NCBI GenBank assembly: GCA_044222185.1 | Contig: JBGANV010000004.1 | Coordinates: 160,001 to 224,000 of the forward strand | Direction of reading: 5' to 3' | Source: Planctomycetota bacterium | GTDB taxonomy: Bacteria > Planctomycetota > GCA-002687715 > CAIWVZ01 | DNA length: 64,000 nt | In this document: piece after piece, positions 21,977-31,514 of the stretch | How positions within the stretch are numbered: position 1 is the stretch's first letter | Layout of the letters: each line of letters begins with the position of its first letter | The notes under the pieces: generated by a model | What the model saw: the letters and a program-made list of their open reading frames with translations, nothing else | Database searches by the model: none | What the model was told of the DNA's origin: nothing | Made by a program: the position numbers and the translations under genes

Positions 21977-23257
21977 ATGCGCGCCCTCTTCAAGATCTCC
22001 CTGACGAAACAGATCCTCATCGGCCTCGTCGTCGGGGTCTTGTTCGGGTGTTTCATCCACTACGGCCTCGACGGAAACGAGACCGTCATCGCCTGGACGC
22101 GGGTTCTCTCCCGCGTCTTCCTCAAGCTCATCAAGCTGATCATCGCGCCGCTGATCTTCTCCACGCTCGTCGTGGGAATTGCGGGCGCGGGGCACCTGAA
22201 GGAAGTGGGCAGGATCGGGGTGAAGTCCCTGATCTACTTCGAAGTCGTCACGACCGTGGCGCTGTTCATCGGGCTCGGGGCCGTCAACCTGACGCGTCCT
22301 GGCGTGGGCGTGAACATCCCGAACGAGCTTTCGGTGGAGGCGAAGGAGATCGCGTCGACGGCGAGCCACGTCACGCCGCAGGATCACATCGTCAACATCT
22401 TCCCGTCGAGCGTCGTCGATTCCATGGCGCGCAACGACGTCTTGCAGATCGTCGTCTTCAGCCTCCTGTTCGCCGCTGGTCTCGCGGCGTTGCGGGAGCG
22501 GGGCAAGCCGCTTCTCGCGGTGTGCGAGGGGCTCTCCGAGACCATGTTCAAGATCACGAACTACGTGATGTACATGGCGCCCTGGGGCGTCGGCGCAGCC
22601 ATGGCCGTGACCGTCGGCGGACGCGGGCTGAGCGTGCTGAAGAACCTCGGATGGCTCGTCGGCACGCTCTACGGGGCGTTGATCGTCTTCATCGTCGTCG
22701 TGCTCGGAACCGTCGCCTTCATCGTCAAGCTGCCCGTGCGGGAGTTCCTGCGGCAGGTGAAGGAACCGTTCATCCTGGCGTTCACGACGACGTCGAGCGA
22801 GTCGGCCCTGCCGAAGGCGCTCGAGAACATGCAGAAGCTCGGCGTACCCAAGCGCATCGTCGGCTTCGTGCTGCCCATGGGCTACAGCTTCAATCTGGAT
22901 GGCTCCACGCTCTACTTGTCGCTGGCGACCGTCTTCGTCGCGCAGGCCGCCAACGTCGACCTGAGTCTGGGGCAGCAGCTCACGATCCTGCTCACGCTCA
23001 TGCTGACGTCGAAGGGGATCGCGGCCGTGCCGCGCGCGTCCCTGGTCGTGCTCTCGGGAACTCTCGCCACGTTTCATCTGCCGCTCGAGGGCGTGGCGCT
23101 CATCCTCGGCGTCGACGAGTTGATGGACATGGCGCGCACGGCGACCAACGTGCTCGGCAACTGCCTCGCGTCGGTCGCCGTCGCGAAGTGGGAGGGGCAG
23201 TTCCCCGACCCGGAGGCGAAGCGGTTGGTCGCGAACGGTGAGGGTGGGGCGCGGTAG
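21977..23257 (+). CDS. Dicarboxylate/amino acid:cation symporter (DAACS, GltP/DctA family)
   Basis: AFTTTSSESALP, GYSFNLDGSTLY, LTSKGIAAVPRAS, DMARTATNVLGN signatures. Confidence 0.95.
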   Translation: MRALFKISLTKQILIGLVVGVLFGCFIHYGLDGNETVIAWTRVLSRVFLKLIKLIIAPLIFSTLVVGIAGAGHLKEVGRIGVKSLIYFEVVTTVALFIGLGAVNLTRPGVGVNIPNELSVEAKEIASTASHVTPQDHIVNIFPSSVVDSMARNDVLQIVVFSLLFAAGLAALRERGKPLLAVCEGLSETMFKITNYVMYMAPWGVGAAMAVTVGGRGLSVLKNLGWLVGTLYGALIVFIVVVLGTVAFIVKLPVREFLRQVKEPFILAFTTTSSESALPKALENMQKLGVPKRIVGFVLPMGYSFNLDGSTLYLSLATVFVAQAANVDLSLGQQLTILLTLMLTSKGIAAVPRASLVVLSGTLATFHLPLEGVALILGVDELMDMARTATNVLGNCLASVAVAKWEGQFPDPEAKRLVANGEGGAR

Positions 23258-23272
23258 CCGACCGCACGCGGA

Positions 23273-23788
23273 TCAACCGTGCGGCGTGGCGCGAACCTGG
23301 ATCGCCTGGAGGCCGAACAGTCCGATGGCGGACAGCGCGGCGATCATGCGGACTGGCGTGACGCCTGCCCTCCGCGAGCGATCGACGGGTGGGGCGAGCA
23401 TCAGGCCGAGGCTCACGATGGCGAACACGAACGAGAGTGCCTTGCAGCCGACCACGAGTACGCCGCGGTAGGAGTCCTCCGTCGCTGGCCCGAAGTCGTC
23501 GAAAGAGCCGGGATGCCATGAGGCTTCGCCGTGCGCGCCCAACATGGCACCCGGCAGGAGGGCGAGCAGGATCGCGATGGCGCACGCGCGCATGCCGACG
23601 CGCTTGGGCGGGTCTTCCAACGTCTCGCGGGCGATCGTGCTGCCCACTCCGGTCGCGATGGCCGTGGCGACGCCGATCCCCGACCACGCCCACCACCAGG
23701 ACCCGGTCAGGTCGCGCGAAGCGATCACCGTCGCCGCGCCGATCGGTGCCGCTGAACTGGCGACGGCCCGGAGCCTCTGCGCTGACAT
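23273..23788 (-). CDS. Small multi-TM membrane protein (paralog of 24199-24711)
   Basis: ATG 23788 preceded by TATACT at 7 nt; about 5 hydrophobic segments; shares SRDLxxSxWWxWxGxG, FDD and GLxGLxAIQ with its neighbour. Confidence 0.6.
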   Translation of the reverse strand: MSAQRLRAVASSAAPIGAATVIASRDLTGSWWWAWSGIGVATAIATGVGSTIARETLEDPPKRVGMRACAIAILLALLPGAMLGAHGEASWHPGSFDDFGPATEDSYRGVLVVGCKALSFVFAIVSLGLMLAPPVDRSRRAGVTPVRMIAALSAIGLFGLQAIQVRATPHG

Positions 23789-24198
23789 GGCCGCCAGTAT
23801 AGGCGCATCCGTTGTTGCGCGGCGTGGCGAGGGTGGTTTGGTGGGATGTGGTGAACGTGTGGCGGTTGCGGGTTCGCGCAAGCCGGACCGCGCGAGGACG
23901 CGCGGCAATCCGGCCAGTCGCCGCCGCGACGGCGGTCGACGTGGCGCTCCGCGACGCGATCGAGGAAGGCGGCGAACGAGGAGGGCCGTCGATCCAGTCG
24001 CCCGGGGAAGATCGCGAAGGAGCGCCGATCGACCCGCCGCGTCAGCGGCGGCGCGATCGGCCGGGTCGCCGGACGACCGCGGCGAAGCCGAGGCGTCCGG
24101 TCCCGCCGGCGTTGATGCGCCGCGGGCCATTCGAAGATCAAGCCGTCGTTCCGGAACGCGCACCGAATCGTCTCCCTCGCCGCCGCAACGACCGCACC

Positions 24199-24711
24199 TC
24201 ACTCCGTCGCCGCATCGAGCGCCTGGATCTGAATCGCGATCAGGCCAGCGAGGCCGACGAGCGAGAGAAGCCAGCACCACCCGAGTCGTGCGTGGCGTGC
24301 CCGTTCCATCGCGTCGTTCAGCGGGACGAGCATCATGAGACAACCCGACCCGAGGGCGAGGAAGCCGCCGAAGGAAAGACAGGTGCACCACGGAAACCAC
24401 CACGCCGAGTCGTCGAAGGGAGACGTCGGCTGACGCAGGGACTGCTCACACCCACCGAGCAGGAGGGCTGGGAGCTGGCCGAGTGCAAACGGCGACACGC
24501 AGAGCGCCGTCAACGCGGCAAACTTCGGCGAGGTGTGGATCTCACGACCCCTGCCCGTCGAGAGCACGGCGGCGATGCCCAGGCTGATCGGGATGCCGAC
24601 GCCGATCCAGATCCACCAATGGCTCTGGCGCAGGTCACGGGATGTGATCAACACGATCGCCGCGAGTGGAGTTGCAGCGCGCGCGACGCGACCGAGGACG
24701 GCAGGCAGCAT
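24199..24711 (-). CDS. Small multi-TM membrane protein (paralog of 23273-23788)
   Basis: 170-aa hydrophobic ORF preceded by TAAGCT at 6 nt; same motifs as its neighbour. Confidence 0.6.
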   Translation of the reverse strand: MLPAVLGRVARAATPLAAIVLITSRDLRQSHWWIWIGVGIPISLGIAAVLSTGRGREIHTSPKFAALTALCVSPFALGQLPALLLGGCEQSLRQPTSPFDDSAWWFPWCTCLSFGGFLALGSGCLMMLVPLNDAMERARHARLGWCWLLSLVGLAGLIAIQIQALDAATE

Positions 24712-24821
24712 GCGCAGAGCTTAGCCCGCAGCGAGGGGTCTGGGGCCGCTCGAGCGCGGCTTGCGCGACGGCGCGGACGCCCCGTCGGCGGAGCCTCCGC
24801 GGGCACCCGCGGGGCAACACG

Positions 24822-25595
24822 TCACACCGGCGTGACCTTGCGGCACGCTCGGAGCTTCACCGGGATCTGCACTTCGAACCACTTCTGGCCGTTGCGCACG
24901 TCCGGGCCGTTGTAATGGAGCACCCGAACGGGGCCCGCCGCCTCGAACCCGTCGAGTTCGGCAAGCGCCTGCTTCAGCGTCGCGAGGACCCGCTTCGTGT
25001 CGCGCATGCCGTAGCTGCCCTTCGCACCGACGGAGAGGTAGGTGAGCGGCGTCGAGTCGGCGACGCGGACGTCGCCGGCCTGCCCCGCGTCTCCCAGAGT
25101 CGGATTGCGGTAGAGGAACGCCATGGACCACGCGCCGTTCTTCATGTCACCGTCGAGGTCGAGGCCCGGGTAGTCCATCTCCACGGGTGACGTCATGGCG
25201 ATCTGCCGCGATTGGATGTGGTTGAAGAGCTTCCAGAACCCGAGGTTCGAGGCCATGTCGGGCAGCATCGAGCCTGAGACCTCTGCACGCCGGAGGCTCG
25301 GATAGGACTTCAGCTCGATGGCTCCCGGCGCTGTCGGGTCGGCGTACCCGACGGGGAGAGGCGTCGTGATCCGCGCGTCTCCGCAGATCCACAGGTCGGC
25401 TCCGATGCGAGAGGCCTCGAGTTCAGGCTTGCGCCCGACGGGGATGCTCACGCCCGGGGCCGGGAGCGCGGTCGGGGAGAAGACCACGAGCCCACGCGGA
25501 ACCTCCGTCGGGCGTGCGGTGCGAACCTGCCCGACGCCGATGACGCATCCCGCGGCAGCTGAAAGAGCGACGATGAGGACCGTGGTGACGTTCAT
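24822..25595 (-). CDS. SOUL heme-binding family protein, secreted
   Basis: IELKSYPSLRRAEV, FWKLFNHIQ, IAMTSPVEM, MAFLY, YNGP motifs; ATG 25595 with AGGAG SD. Confidence 0.88.
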   Translation of the reverse strand: MNVTTVLIVALSAAAGCVIGVGQVRTARPTEVPRGLVVFSPTALPAPGVSIPVGRKPELEASRIGADLWICGDARITTPLPVGYADPTAPGAIELKSYPSLRRAEVSGSMLPDMASNLGFWKLFNHIQSRQIAMTSPVEMDYPGLDLDGDMKNGAWSMAFLYRNPTLGDAGQAGDVRVADSTPLTYLSVGAKGSYGMRDTKRVLATLKQALAELDGFEAAGPVRVLHYNGPDVRNGQKWFEVQIPVKLRACRKVTPV

Positions 25596-25669
25596 GACCC
25601 GACTCCTGGTTGAGGTTTCGCAAGGGCTCGGCGCGCGGCCGAAGCCGCGGCGCCGAGTGCGCGCGTCGA

Positions 25670-26587
25670 TCACTTCGGCAGGATCATCGTGTCGATCACG
25701 TGGATGATGCCGTTCGACGCGTTGATGTCCGCCGCGAGCACCTTGGCTCCGCCGACCGTGAGGCCTCCGTCCGCCGACACGATCGCGAGCTTCCCGCCTT
25801 GGAGACTCGCGGCCTCCTTGACCTTCGCCGCCGCCGTCGAGTCGACGCGCCCGGCGAGCACGTGGAGCTTGAGGATGTCTGCGAGCTTGGACTTGTTCTC
25901 GGGCTTCAGGAGATCCTGGACCGTACCTTTCGGCAACTTCGCGAACGCCTCGTCGGTCGGTGCGAAGACCGTGAACGGCCCGCCCGTCCCGAGCGTGTCG
26001 GCGAGCCCGGCTGCCTTCGCCGCCGCGAGCAGGGTCTCGAACTTCCCGGCACCTGCGGCGACGTCGACGATGGACTTGTCGGTCGGCAGCAGCACGCGAT
26101 CGACGACGTGGATCACGCCATTCTTCGCCGCGACGTCGGCCTTCGTGACGGTCGCTCCGTCCACGGTCACCTGATCGCCACTCACCTTGAAGGCGAGGCG
26201 TTGCCCTTGGAGGGTCAGGGCGCCGGTGGATTTCGTGACCTCGGCCGCGCCGAGGCGGGCGCCCACGACGTGGTAGGTGAGGATCGACGTCAGCCTGGCC
26301 TTGTTCTCCGGCTTGAGCAGATCCTCGACGGTGCCCTTGGGCAGCCGGGCGAAGGCTTCGTCCGTCGGCGCGAAGACCGTGAGCGGACCGTCGGCCTTGA
26401 GCGCGTCGACGAGGCCCGCGGCCTTGGCAGCGGCGAGCAGCGTGCCGAAATTCCCGGCGGCCGCGGCCGTCTCGACGATGTCTCCTTCGCTACGGGCGCA
26501 CGCGGCCGCGCCGCCGTGGGATTGGGCGACGACGGAGGTCCCGGCGATCGAAAGAGTTGCGATGCAGGCGAGTGCGAGCGTTCTCAT
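25670..26587 (-). CDS. Fasciclin (two FAS1 domains) secreted protein
   Basis: Two copies of [27 protein letters not shown] and NGxIHVxD; signal peptide. Confidence 0.95.
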   Translation of the reverse strand: MRTLALACIATLSIAGTSVVAQSHGGAAACARSEGDIVETAAAAGNFGTLLAAAKAAGLVDALKADGPLTVFAPTDEAFARLPKGTVEDLLKPENKARLTSILTYHVVGARLGAAEVTKSTGALTLQGQRLAFKVSGDQVTVDGATVTKADVAAKNGVIHVVDRVLLPTDKSIVDVAAGAGKFETLLAAAKAAGLADTLGTGGPFTVFAPTDEAFAKLPKGTVQDLLKPENKSKLADILKLHVLAGRVDSTAAAKVKEAASLQGGKLAIVSADGGLTVGGAKVLAADINASNGIIHVIDTMILPK

Positions 26588-26631
26588 GGGTTGCAGCTCC
26601 ATTGCGGGTGATGTGGCGTCTCGGACGGGCC

Positions 26632-26676
26632 ATCGTATGAAACGTCCACAAAGTTCAAAGCGTCCATATCGTCCAC
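26632..26676. promoter_or_regulatory. Tandem 9-bp direct-repeat array (candidate operator) in the fasciclin/regulator divergent promoter
   Basis: ATCGTATGA-AACGTCCAC-AAAGTTCAA-AGCGTCCAT-ATCGTCCAC in exact 9-bp register; two related units at 26766-26783. Confidence 0.6.
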
Positions 26677-26793
26677 GATGGCGAGGGATGAGACGGCGGG
26701 TGCCCGGAATGGCTCCAAGAATTCTTGCGAGTTTTTCTCTTGCCTTCGCGACGAGGCGGCTCAGAATCGGTCAAAACGTCCGGACAAACTCCA

Positions 26794-27645
26794 GTGAAGC
26801 CCGACTTCTACCTGAGCCCCGCCGATCTCGCCGAAGCCTTGGGGCTCTCCGTCTCGACGCTCAAGCGCTGGACCGACAAGGGGCTACTCGCGGTGGAGCG
26901 AACGGCTGGCGGGCATCGCCGCATCGCCATGCCCGAAGCGCTCCGGTTCGTGCGCGATTCAGGCATGAAACCCGTCATGCCGCACCGTCTGGGGCTCGCG
27001 CCTGTGGAGCGCGGCGCTCCCGGCGGCGCCGAGGACCGTGCCTCGCGGATGTGCGAACTCCTCGTTTCAGGGAACGCCGAGGACGCACGCCGGGTCCTGG
27101 TGAGCGCGTTCTTGTCGGGCATGGAGGTGGCGCAGATCGCGGATCGTTGGCTGCAGCCCGCGTTCCAGCGGATCGGCGAGCTATGGCGTCACGGGGAGGA
27201 CGGCATCGCCATCGAGCATCAGGCGACGGACTCCGTGCTGCGCGCGATCGCCGAGATGCGGGCGCTGATCGAGACGCCGACCTCGGCACCAGTTGCGATC
27301 GGTGGCTCCATCGCAGGCGACCCCTACACGATTCCCACGGCGCTCGCCGGTCTCGTGCTGGCCGTGTGCGGGTTCCACGCAATCAACCTGGGAGCCGACG
27401 TTCCCAAGTCCGCGCTCCTCGCTGCCGTCGATCGCACGAAGCCCCGGATCGTCTGGCTGAGCATCTCGACCGACGGGTCGAAATCCGCCAGGCCGTCGGC
27501 GCTCGTAAAGCTCGGCGCGGACGTGGCGGCGCGAGGCGCGGCGTTCGTCGTGGGGGGGCGCTGCGCACCCCAGCGCATCCGCGGTGTGACCGTGGGGCGT
27601 GACCTGGGTGCGCTGGCCGCGTTCGCGCGCGGGATCCTCGCATGA
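26794..27645 (+). CDS. CarH/LitR-like regulator: MerR/excisionase-type HTH + B12-binding cap + Rossmann domain with His-to-Tyr change
   Basis: LSPADLAEALGLSVSTLKRW...RTAGGHRR HTH; W-x9-EH (WRHGEDGIAIEH); GDPYTIP replaces ExHxxG; NLGADVP, VWLS, VVGG. Confidence 0.85.
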   Translation: MKPDFYLSPADLAEALGLSVSTLKRWTDKGLLAVERTAGGHRRIAMPEALRFVRDSGMKPVMPHRLGLAPVERGAPGGAEDRASRMCELLVSGNAEDARRVLVSAFLSGMEVAQIADRWLQPAFQRIGELWRHGEDGIAIEHQATDSVLRAIAEMRALIETPTSAPVAIGGSIAGDPYTIPTALAGLVLAVCGFHAINLGADVPKSALLAAVDRTKPRIVWLSISTDGSKSARPSALVKLGADVAARGAAFVVGGRCAPQRIRGVTVGRDLGALAAFARGILA

Positions 27646-28685
27646 ACCGAATGCTCGAAGCGGGCCCGACCGACCCGTTGGTGAGTCGCGCGAGTGCGCG
27701 TTTGGGTCGCAGTCGCCCCATCTGGCACGTCGTCCGCGGCTGGTTCGATGCCGGCTTCGGCCCCGCATCGACGCAGGCGCCAGAACGGGTCGACTGGCCG
27801 CGCCTTTGGCCTTTCATCGGCATGCACCTGGGGTGTCTGCTCGCGATTCCCGCCGGGATTTCCACGACGGCGGTCCTCGTGGCGCTCGCCCTCTACGCGA
27901 TCCGCATGTTCGCGATCACGGGCTTCTACCACCGGTATTTCTCCCACCGCTCGTTCCGCACCTCGCGAGCGTTTCAGTTCGTCATGGGATTCGTCGGCGC
28001 GCTGTCGGCCCAGCGAGGTCCGATCTGGTGGGCCGCTCATCATCGTCGCCATCACCGGTGCGCCGACACACACGACGACTTGCACTCGCCCATGCGGCGC
28101 GGGTTCTGGCAGAGTCACATGGGCTGGTTCGCGACCGTCGAGGGGTTCACGACGCACACGGAGCTCGTGCACGACCTCACACGCTTCCCCGAGCTGCGAC
28201 TCCTCGATCGGTTCAACACGGCCCCGCCGCTCTTGATGGGCGCCGCGCTGTGGGGTGTGGGGGCGATCCTCGAGGCCAGGGCCCCGGGGCTCGGAGTCGA
28301 TGGATTCCAGTTGTTCGTCTGGGGGTTCTTCGTCTCGACGGTGGTTCTCTACCACGCCACCTACACCATCAACTCGCTCGCGCACCTGATCGGCTCGCGG
28401 CGCTTTCCGCTGCCGGATACGAGTCGCAACAACCTGGCGCTCGCGCTCCTGACCTTCGGCGAGGGCTGGCACAACAATCACCACCGCTATCCCCACTCGG
28501 TGCGGCAGGGATTCCTCTGGTGGGAGGTCGACATCACCTGGTACGGGCTGAGGCTGCTGGAGGCCGTGGGGCTGATCTCGGACCTGCGCCCGGTCCCGAC
28601 GGAGTTGCTGGCCGAGGCGCGCCGGCTCGCCGCCTCGCGCATCGAAAGGCGGGCGTCGTCGCCCGAGGCTGCCGGCGCGCGATGA
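27642..28685 (+). CDS. Acyl-CoA (delta-9 type) fatty acid desaturase
   Basis: His boxes HRYFSH, HHRRHH, GEGWHNNHH; WWEVDITW. ATGA overlap with the regulator. Confidence 0.95.
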   Translation: MNRMLEAGPTDPLVSRASARLGRSRPIWHVVRGWFDAGFGPASTQAPERVDWPRLWPFIGMHLGCLLAIPAGISTTAVLVALALYAIRMFAITGFYHRYFSHRSFRTSRAFQFVMGFVGALSAQRGPIWWAAHHRRHHRCADTHDDLHSPMRRGFWQSHMGWFATVEGFTTHTELVHDLTRFPELRLLDRFNTAPPLLMGAALWGVGAILEARAPGLGVDGFQLFVWGFFVSTVVLYHATYTINSLAHLIGSRRFPLPDTSRNNLALALLTFGEGWHNNHHRYPHSVRQGFLWWEVDITWYGLRLLEAVGLISDLRPVPTELLAEARRLAASRIERRASSPEAAGAR

Positions 28686-29440
28686 ACAGCGCGCTCTATT
28701 TCGGGTCGGTGCGGCATCGGCGGCAGGTCCCCGTCGTGCACGAGTTTTCCTACCGCCTGTTCATGGTGTGGCTCGACCTCGACGAGATCGACCGTGCCTT
28801 TGCCGGCCGCTGGCTGTGGTCTTCGCGGCACGCCGCCCCAGCATGGTTCCGGCGACGCGATTACCTGGGCGATCCCAGCGAGCCCCTCGCGGATTCGGTG
28901 CGCCGCGCGGCGGCCGCGAAGATCGGCGTCGCCCCGCAGGGCCCGATCCGCATGCTGACGCACCTGCGCTACTGGGGGTACGTCCAGAACCCGGTGACGT
29001 TCTACTACTGCTTCGATCCCTCGGGCGACACGCTCCAGTGCGTCGTCGCCGAGATCACGAACACGCCGTGGGGCGAGCGGCACGTCTACGTCACGCCGCG
29101 CGCACCCGGCGGCGGCGTCGCCGGAACTTTCGACAAGGAGTTCCACATCTCGCCGTTCATGGACATGGGGCAGCGGTACTCCTGGGTGTTCGGTGCGCCG
29201 GCCGAGCGCTTGCACGTCGCCATGCGAAACGAGTCCCACGGCGTGACGACGTTCGATGCCACGCTCGACCTCGAGCGGGCGCCGCTCGACGGAATCCACT
29301 GTGCGAAGGCACTGGCGCTGCACCCGTGGATGACGTTGAAGGTCTTCTTGGGGATCTACTGGAATGCGCTTCGACTCCGACTGAAGGGGTGCCCGTTCCA
29401 TCCTCATCCCAAGCGATTGGTGAAGGGCGGCACGGCGTGA
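28682..29440 (+). CDS. DUF1365 family protein (UfaO-like)
   Basis: SALYFGSVRHRR...FSY, GYVQNPVTFYYC, AEITNTPWGERHVY, KEFHISPFM, IYWNALRL. Start 28682 by ATGA overlap. Confidence 0.92.
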   Translation: MNSALYFGSVRHRRQVPVVHEFSYRLFMVWLDLDEIDRAFAGRWLWSSRHAAPAWFRRRDYLGDPSEPLADSVRRAAAAKIGVAPQGPIRMLTHLRYWGYVQNPVTFYYCFDPSGDTLQCVVAEITNTPWGERHVYVTPRAPGGGVAGTFDKEFHISPFMDMGQRYSWVFGAPAERLHVAMRNESHGVTTFDATLDLERAPLDGIHCAKALALHPWMTLKVFLGIYWNALRLRLKGCPFHPHPKRLVKGGTA

Positions 29441-30732
29441 CCGCGGCGAGTCGCACCCGCGTCGCTGCAACGCCGGCGGCAGTCCCGTCTCTCGTGGACG
29501 GCGTGGCACGCCGGCTCGTGTGCGCCCGGTTCTCGGCGCTGCGCCGAGGGGCCGTCACCGTGATCGACGACCGTGGCGCGTCGCGATTCGGTGCACCCGA
29601 ATCGGGAGAGGTTCCCAGCGGGACCCTGCGCGTCGTCGACCCCCGCGTCTGGCGTCGAGCCGCGCTCGGCGGAGCCATCGGGCTGGCCGAAAGCTACGCG
29701 GACGGCGATTGGACCAGCGACGACCTCGTCGCGTTCATGCGCGTCTTCGCTCGTGAGGCGGCCGTTTCCGACGGCGTCGAGCGCCTCGGCGCACGCCTGG
29801 CGAAGCCCCTGCGACGTCTGCGCCACGCCATCCGTCGGGATACGCGCGCGGGCTCCCGCCGGAACATCCACGAGCACTACGATCTCGGCAACGAGTTCTT
29901 CCGACTGTGGCTCGATCCGACCATGACCTACTCGTGCGCGGTCTTCCCGCGCCCCGATGCGTCGCTCGAGGACGCCCAGATCGAGAAGATCGATCGCATC
30001 TGCCGCAAGCTCGCCCTGAAGCCGGGGGAGAGCCTGCTGGAGATCGGCACGGGATGGGGAGCCCTCGCACTCCACGCCGCACGCCAGTACGGCGTGAACG
30101 TGACGACCACGACCATCAGCGACGAGCAGTACCGGCACGCGACGGATCTGGTGGCGCGCCAGGGTCTCGGCGATCGCATTCGCGTGCTCTCGTGCGACTA
30201 TCGCGACCTCGCGGGGACGTTCGACAAGCTCGTCTCCGTCGAGATGATCGAAGCGGTGGGCGCCGCGTATTTCGACGCGTACTTCGCCGCCTGCTCGCGG
30301 CTCTTGGCACCGCATGGTCGGATGCTCATCCAGTCGATCACCATCGCCGAGAATCGCTACGACCACGCCCTCCATTCCGTCGACTTCATCCAGAAGCACA
30401 TCTTCCCTGGAAGTTGCATCCCGTCGCTCGCGGCGATCATGCGATCCGTGGCGAAGGCGACGGACCTGGGACTGGCCCACCTCGAGGACATCACGGCGCA
30501 CTACGTCCGCACGCTCTCGGAATGGCGGCGGCGGTTCCTCGCCGCGCGGGCGCGCGTCACGGACCTGGGATTCTCCGAGCGGTTCGTCCGCATCTGGGAC
30601 TGGTACCTCGCCTACTGCGAAGCCGGGTTCGCCGAGCGTCGCATCGGTGACGTCCAGCTCCTGTTCGTGAAGCCCGGTTTCCGGGAGGATCCGATCGGCA
30701 TCGGCGCGGCAGCCGAGGGCGTGACGCCTTGA
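29437..30732 (+). CDS. cfa: Cyclopropane-fatty-acyl-phospholipid synthase family methyltransferase (Cfa/UfaM-like)
   Basis: NIHEHYDLGNEFF, MTYSCA, LEIGTGWG, VSVEMIEAVG, FIQKHIFPG, YLAYCEAGF. GTGA overlap. Confidence 0.92.
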   Translation: MTAASRTRVAATPAAVPSLVDGVARRLVCARFSALRRGAVTVIDDRGASRFGAPESGEVPSGTLRVVDPRVWRRAALGGAIGLAESYADGDWTSDDLVAFMRVFAREAAVSDGVERLGARLAKPLRRLRHAIRRDTRAGSRRNIHEHYDLGNEFFRLWLDPTMTYSCAVFPRPDASLEDAQIEKIDRICRKLALKPGESLLEIGTGWGALALHAARQYGVNVTTTTISDEQYRHATDLVARQGLGDRIRVLSCDYRDLAGTFDKLVSVEMIEAVGAAYFDAYFAACSRLLAPHGRMLIQSITIAENRYDHALHSVDFIQKHIFPGSCIPSLAAIMRSVAKATDLGLAHLEDITAHYVRTLSEWRRRFLAARARVTDLGFSERFVRIWDWYLAYCEAGFAERRIGDVQLLFVKPGFREDPIGIGAAAEGVTP

Positions 30733-31514
30733 GCGTCTTCTCCACGCTCGGCTGCGTCTGGCTCGCGGCTTCGGTCTACATGACGCTTGCCTGGGTCGTC
30801 GCGCGGCGCATCGGCAAGGCCGGGATCGTGGATGCCTTCTGGGCGTTCGGGGTCGGCGCTGCAGGAGCTGTTGCGGGACTCGCCGGCGATGGGCTCCTCG
30901 CCCGTCGGGTCGCCGTCGCCGTGGTCGTCGCCGTGTGGGCTTGCCGGCTCGGGGCGATGCTCTTTCGGCGCGTCCTCCAGTCGGCGGAGGATGGGCGGTA
31001 CGCCGCCATGATGAACGCGTTCGGCGCCAAGGCGTGGCCGCGGATGTTCGTGTTCTTCCAGGTCCAGGCGTTCTGGATCGCGCTGTTCGCGGCGCCGGCA
31101 GCGGCAGCGGGGCGCGACACGAGCCCGCTCCGGGTCCTCGACGCCGTCGCGATCCTGATCGGGCTCGGTGCCATCGCGGGAGAGGCGATCGCCGATCGAC
31201 AGCTCGCGGAGTTCCGGGCCCAGCCGGCCCATCGCGGCAAGACGTGCCGCTCGGGACTGTGGGCCTGGTCACGTCATCCCAACTACTTCTTCGAGTGGCT
31301 GCACTGGTTTGCCTATCCCGTTTTCGGGTTCGCCGCGCCGCAGGCGTGGCTCTGCCTCGCGGGGCCGTTCGTCATGTTCGTCTTCCTCTACCGGGTGACG
31401 GGCATTCCGTGGACGGAGAAGCAGGCGCTGCGCTCGCGTGGCGACGACTATCGGCGGTATCAGGCGGAGACGAGCGCATTCATCCCGCTGCCGCCGAGGC
31501 GGAGGATGGTGTGA
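30729..31514 (+). CDS. DUF1295 family membrane protein (steroid 5-alpha-reductase-like)
   Basis: IVDAFW, EDGRY, EAIADRQL, GLWAWSRHPNYFFEW, TGIPWTE, YQAETSAFIP. Confidence 0.92.
   Translation: MSVFSTLGCVWLAASVYMTLAWVVARRIGKAGIVDAFWAFGVGAAGAVAGLAGDGLLARRVAVAVVVAVWACRLGAMLFRRVLQSAEDGRYAAMMNAFGAKAWPRMFVFFQVQAFWIALFAAPAAAAGRDTSPLRVLDAVAILIGLGAIAGEAIADRQLAEFRAQPAHRGKTCRSGLWAWSRHPNYFFEWLHWFAYPVFGFAAPQAWLCLAGPFVMFVFLYRVTGIPWTEKQALRSRGDDYRRYQAETSAFIPLPPRRRMV

Noticed and set aside
23725-24141. 138-aa ORF between the paralogous membrane genes
   Set aside because: Arg-rich, TTG start, overlaps the promoter and start of the downstream gene; no support.
25670-26587. Internal DNA repeat
   Set aside because: Explained by the two FAS1 domains; not a mobile or CRISPR repeat.
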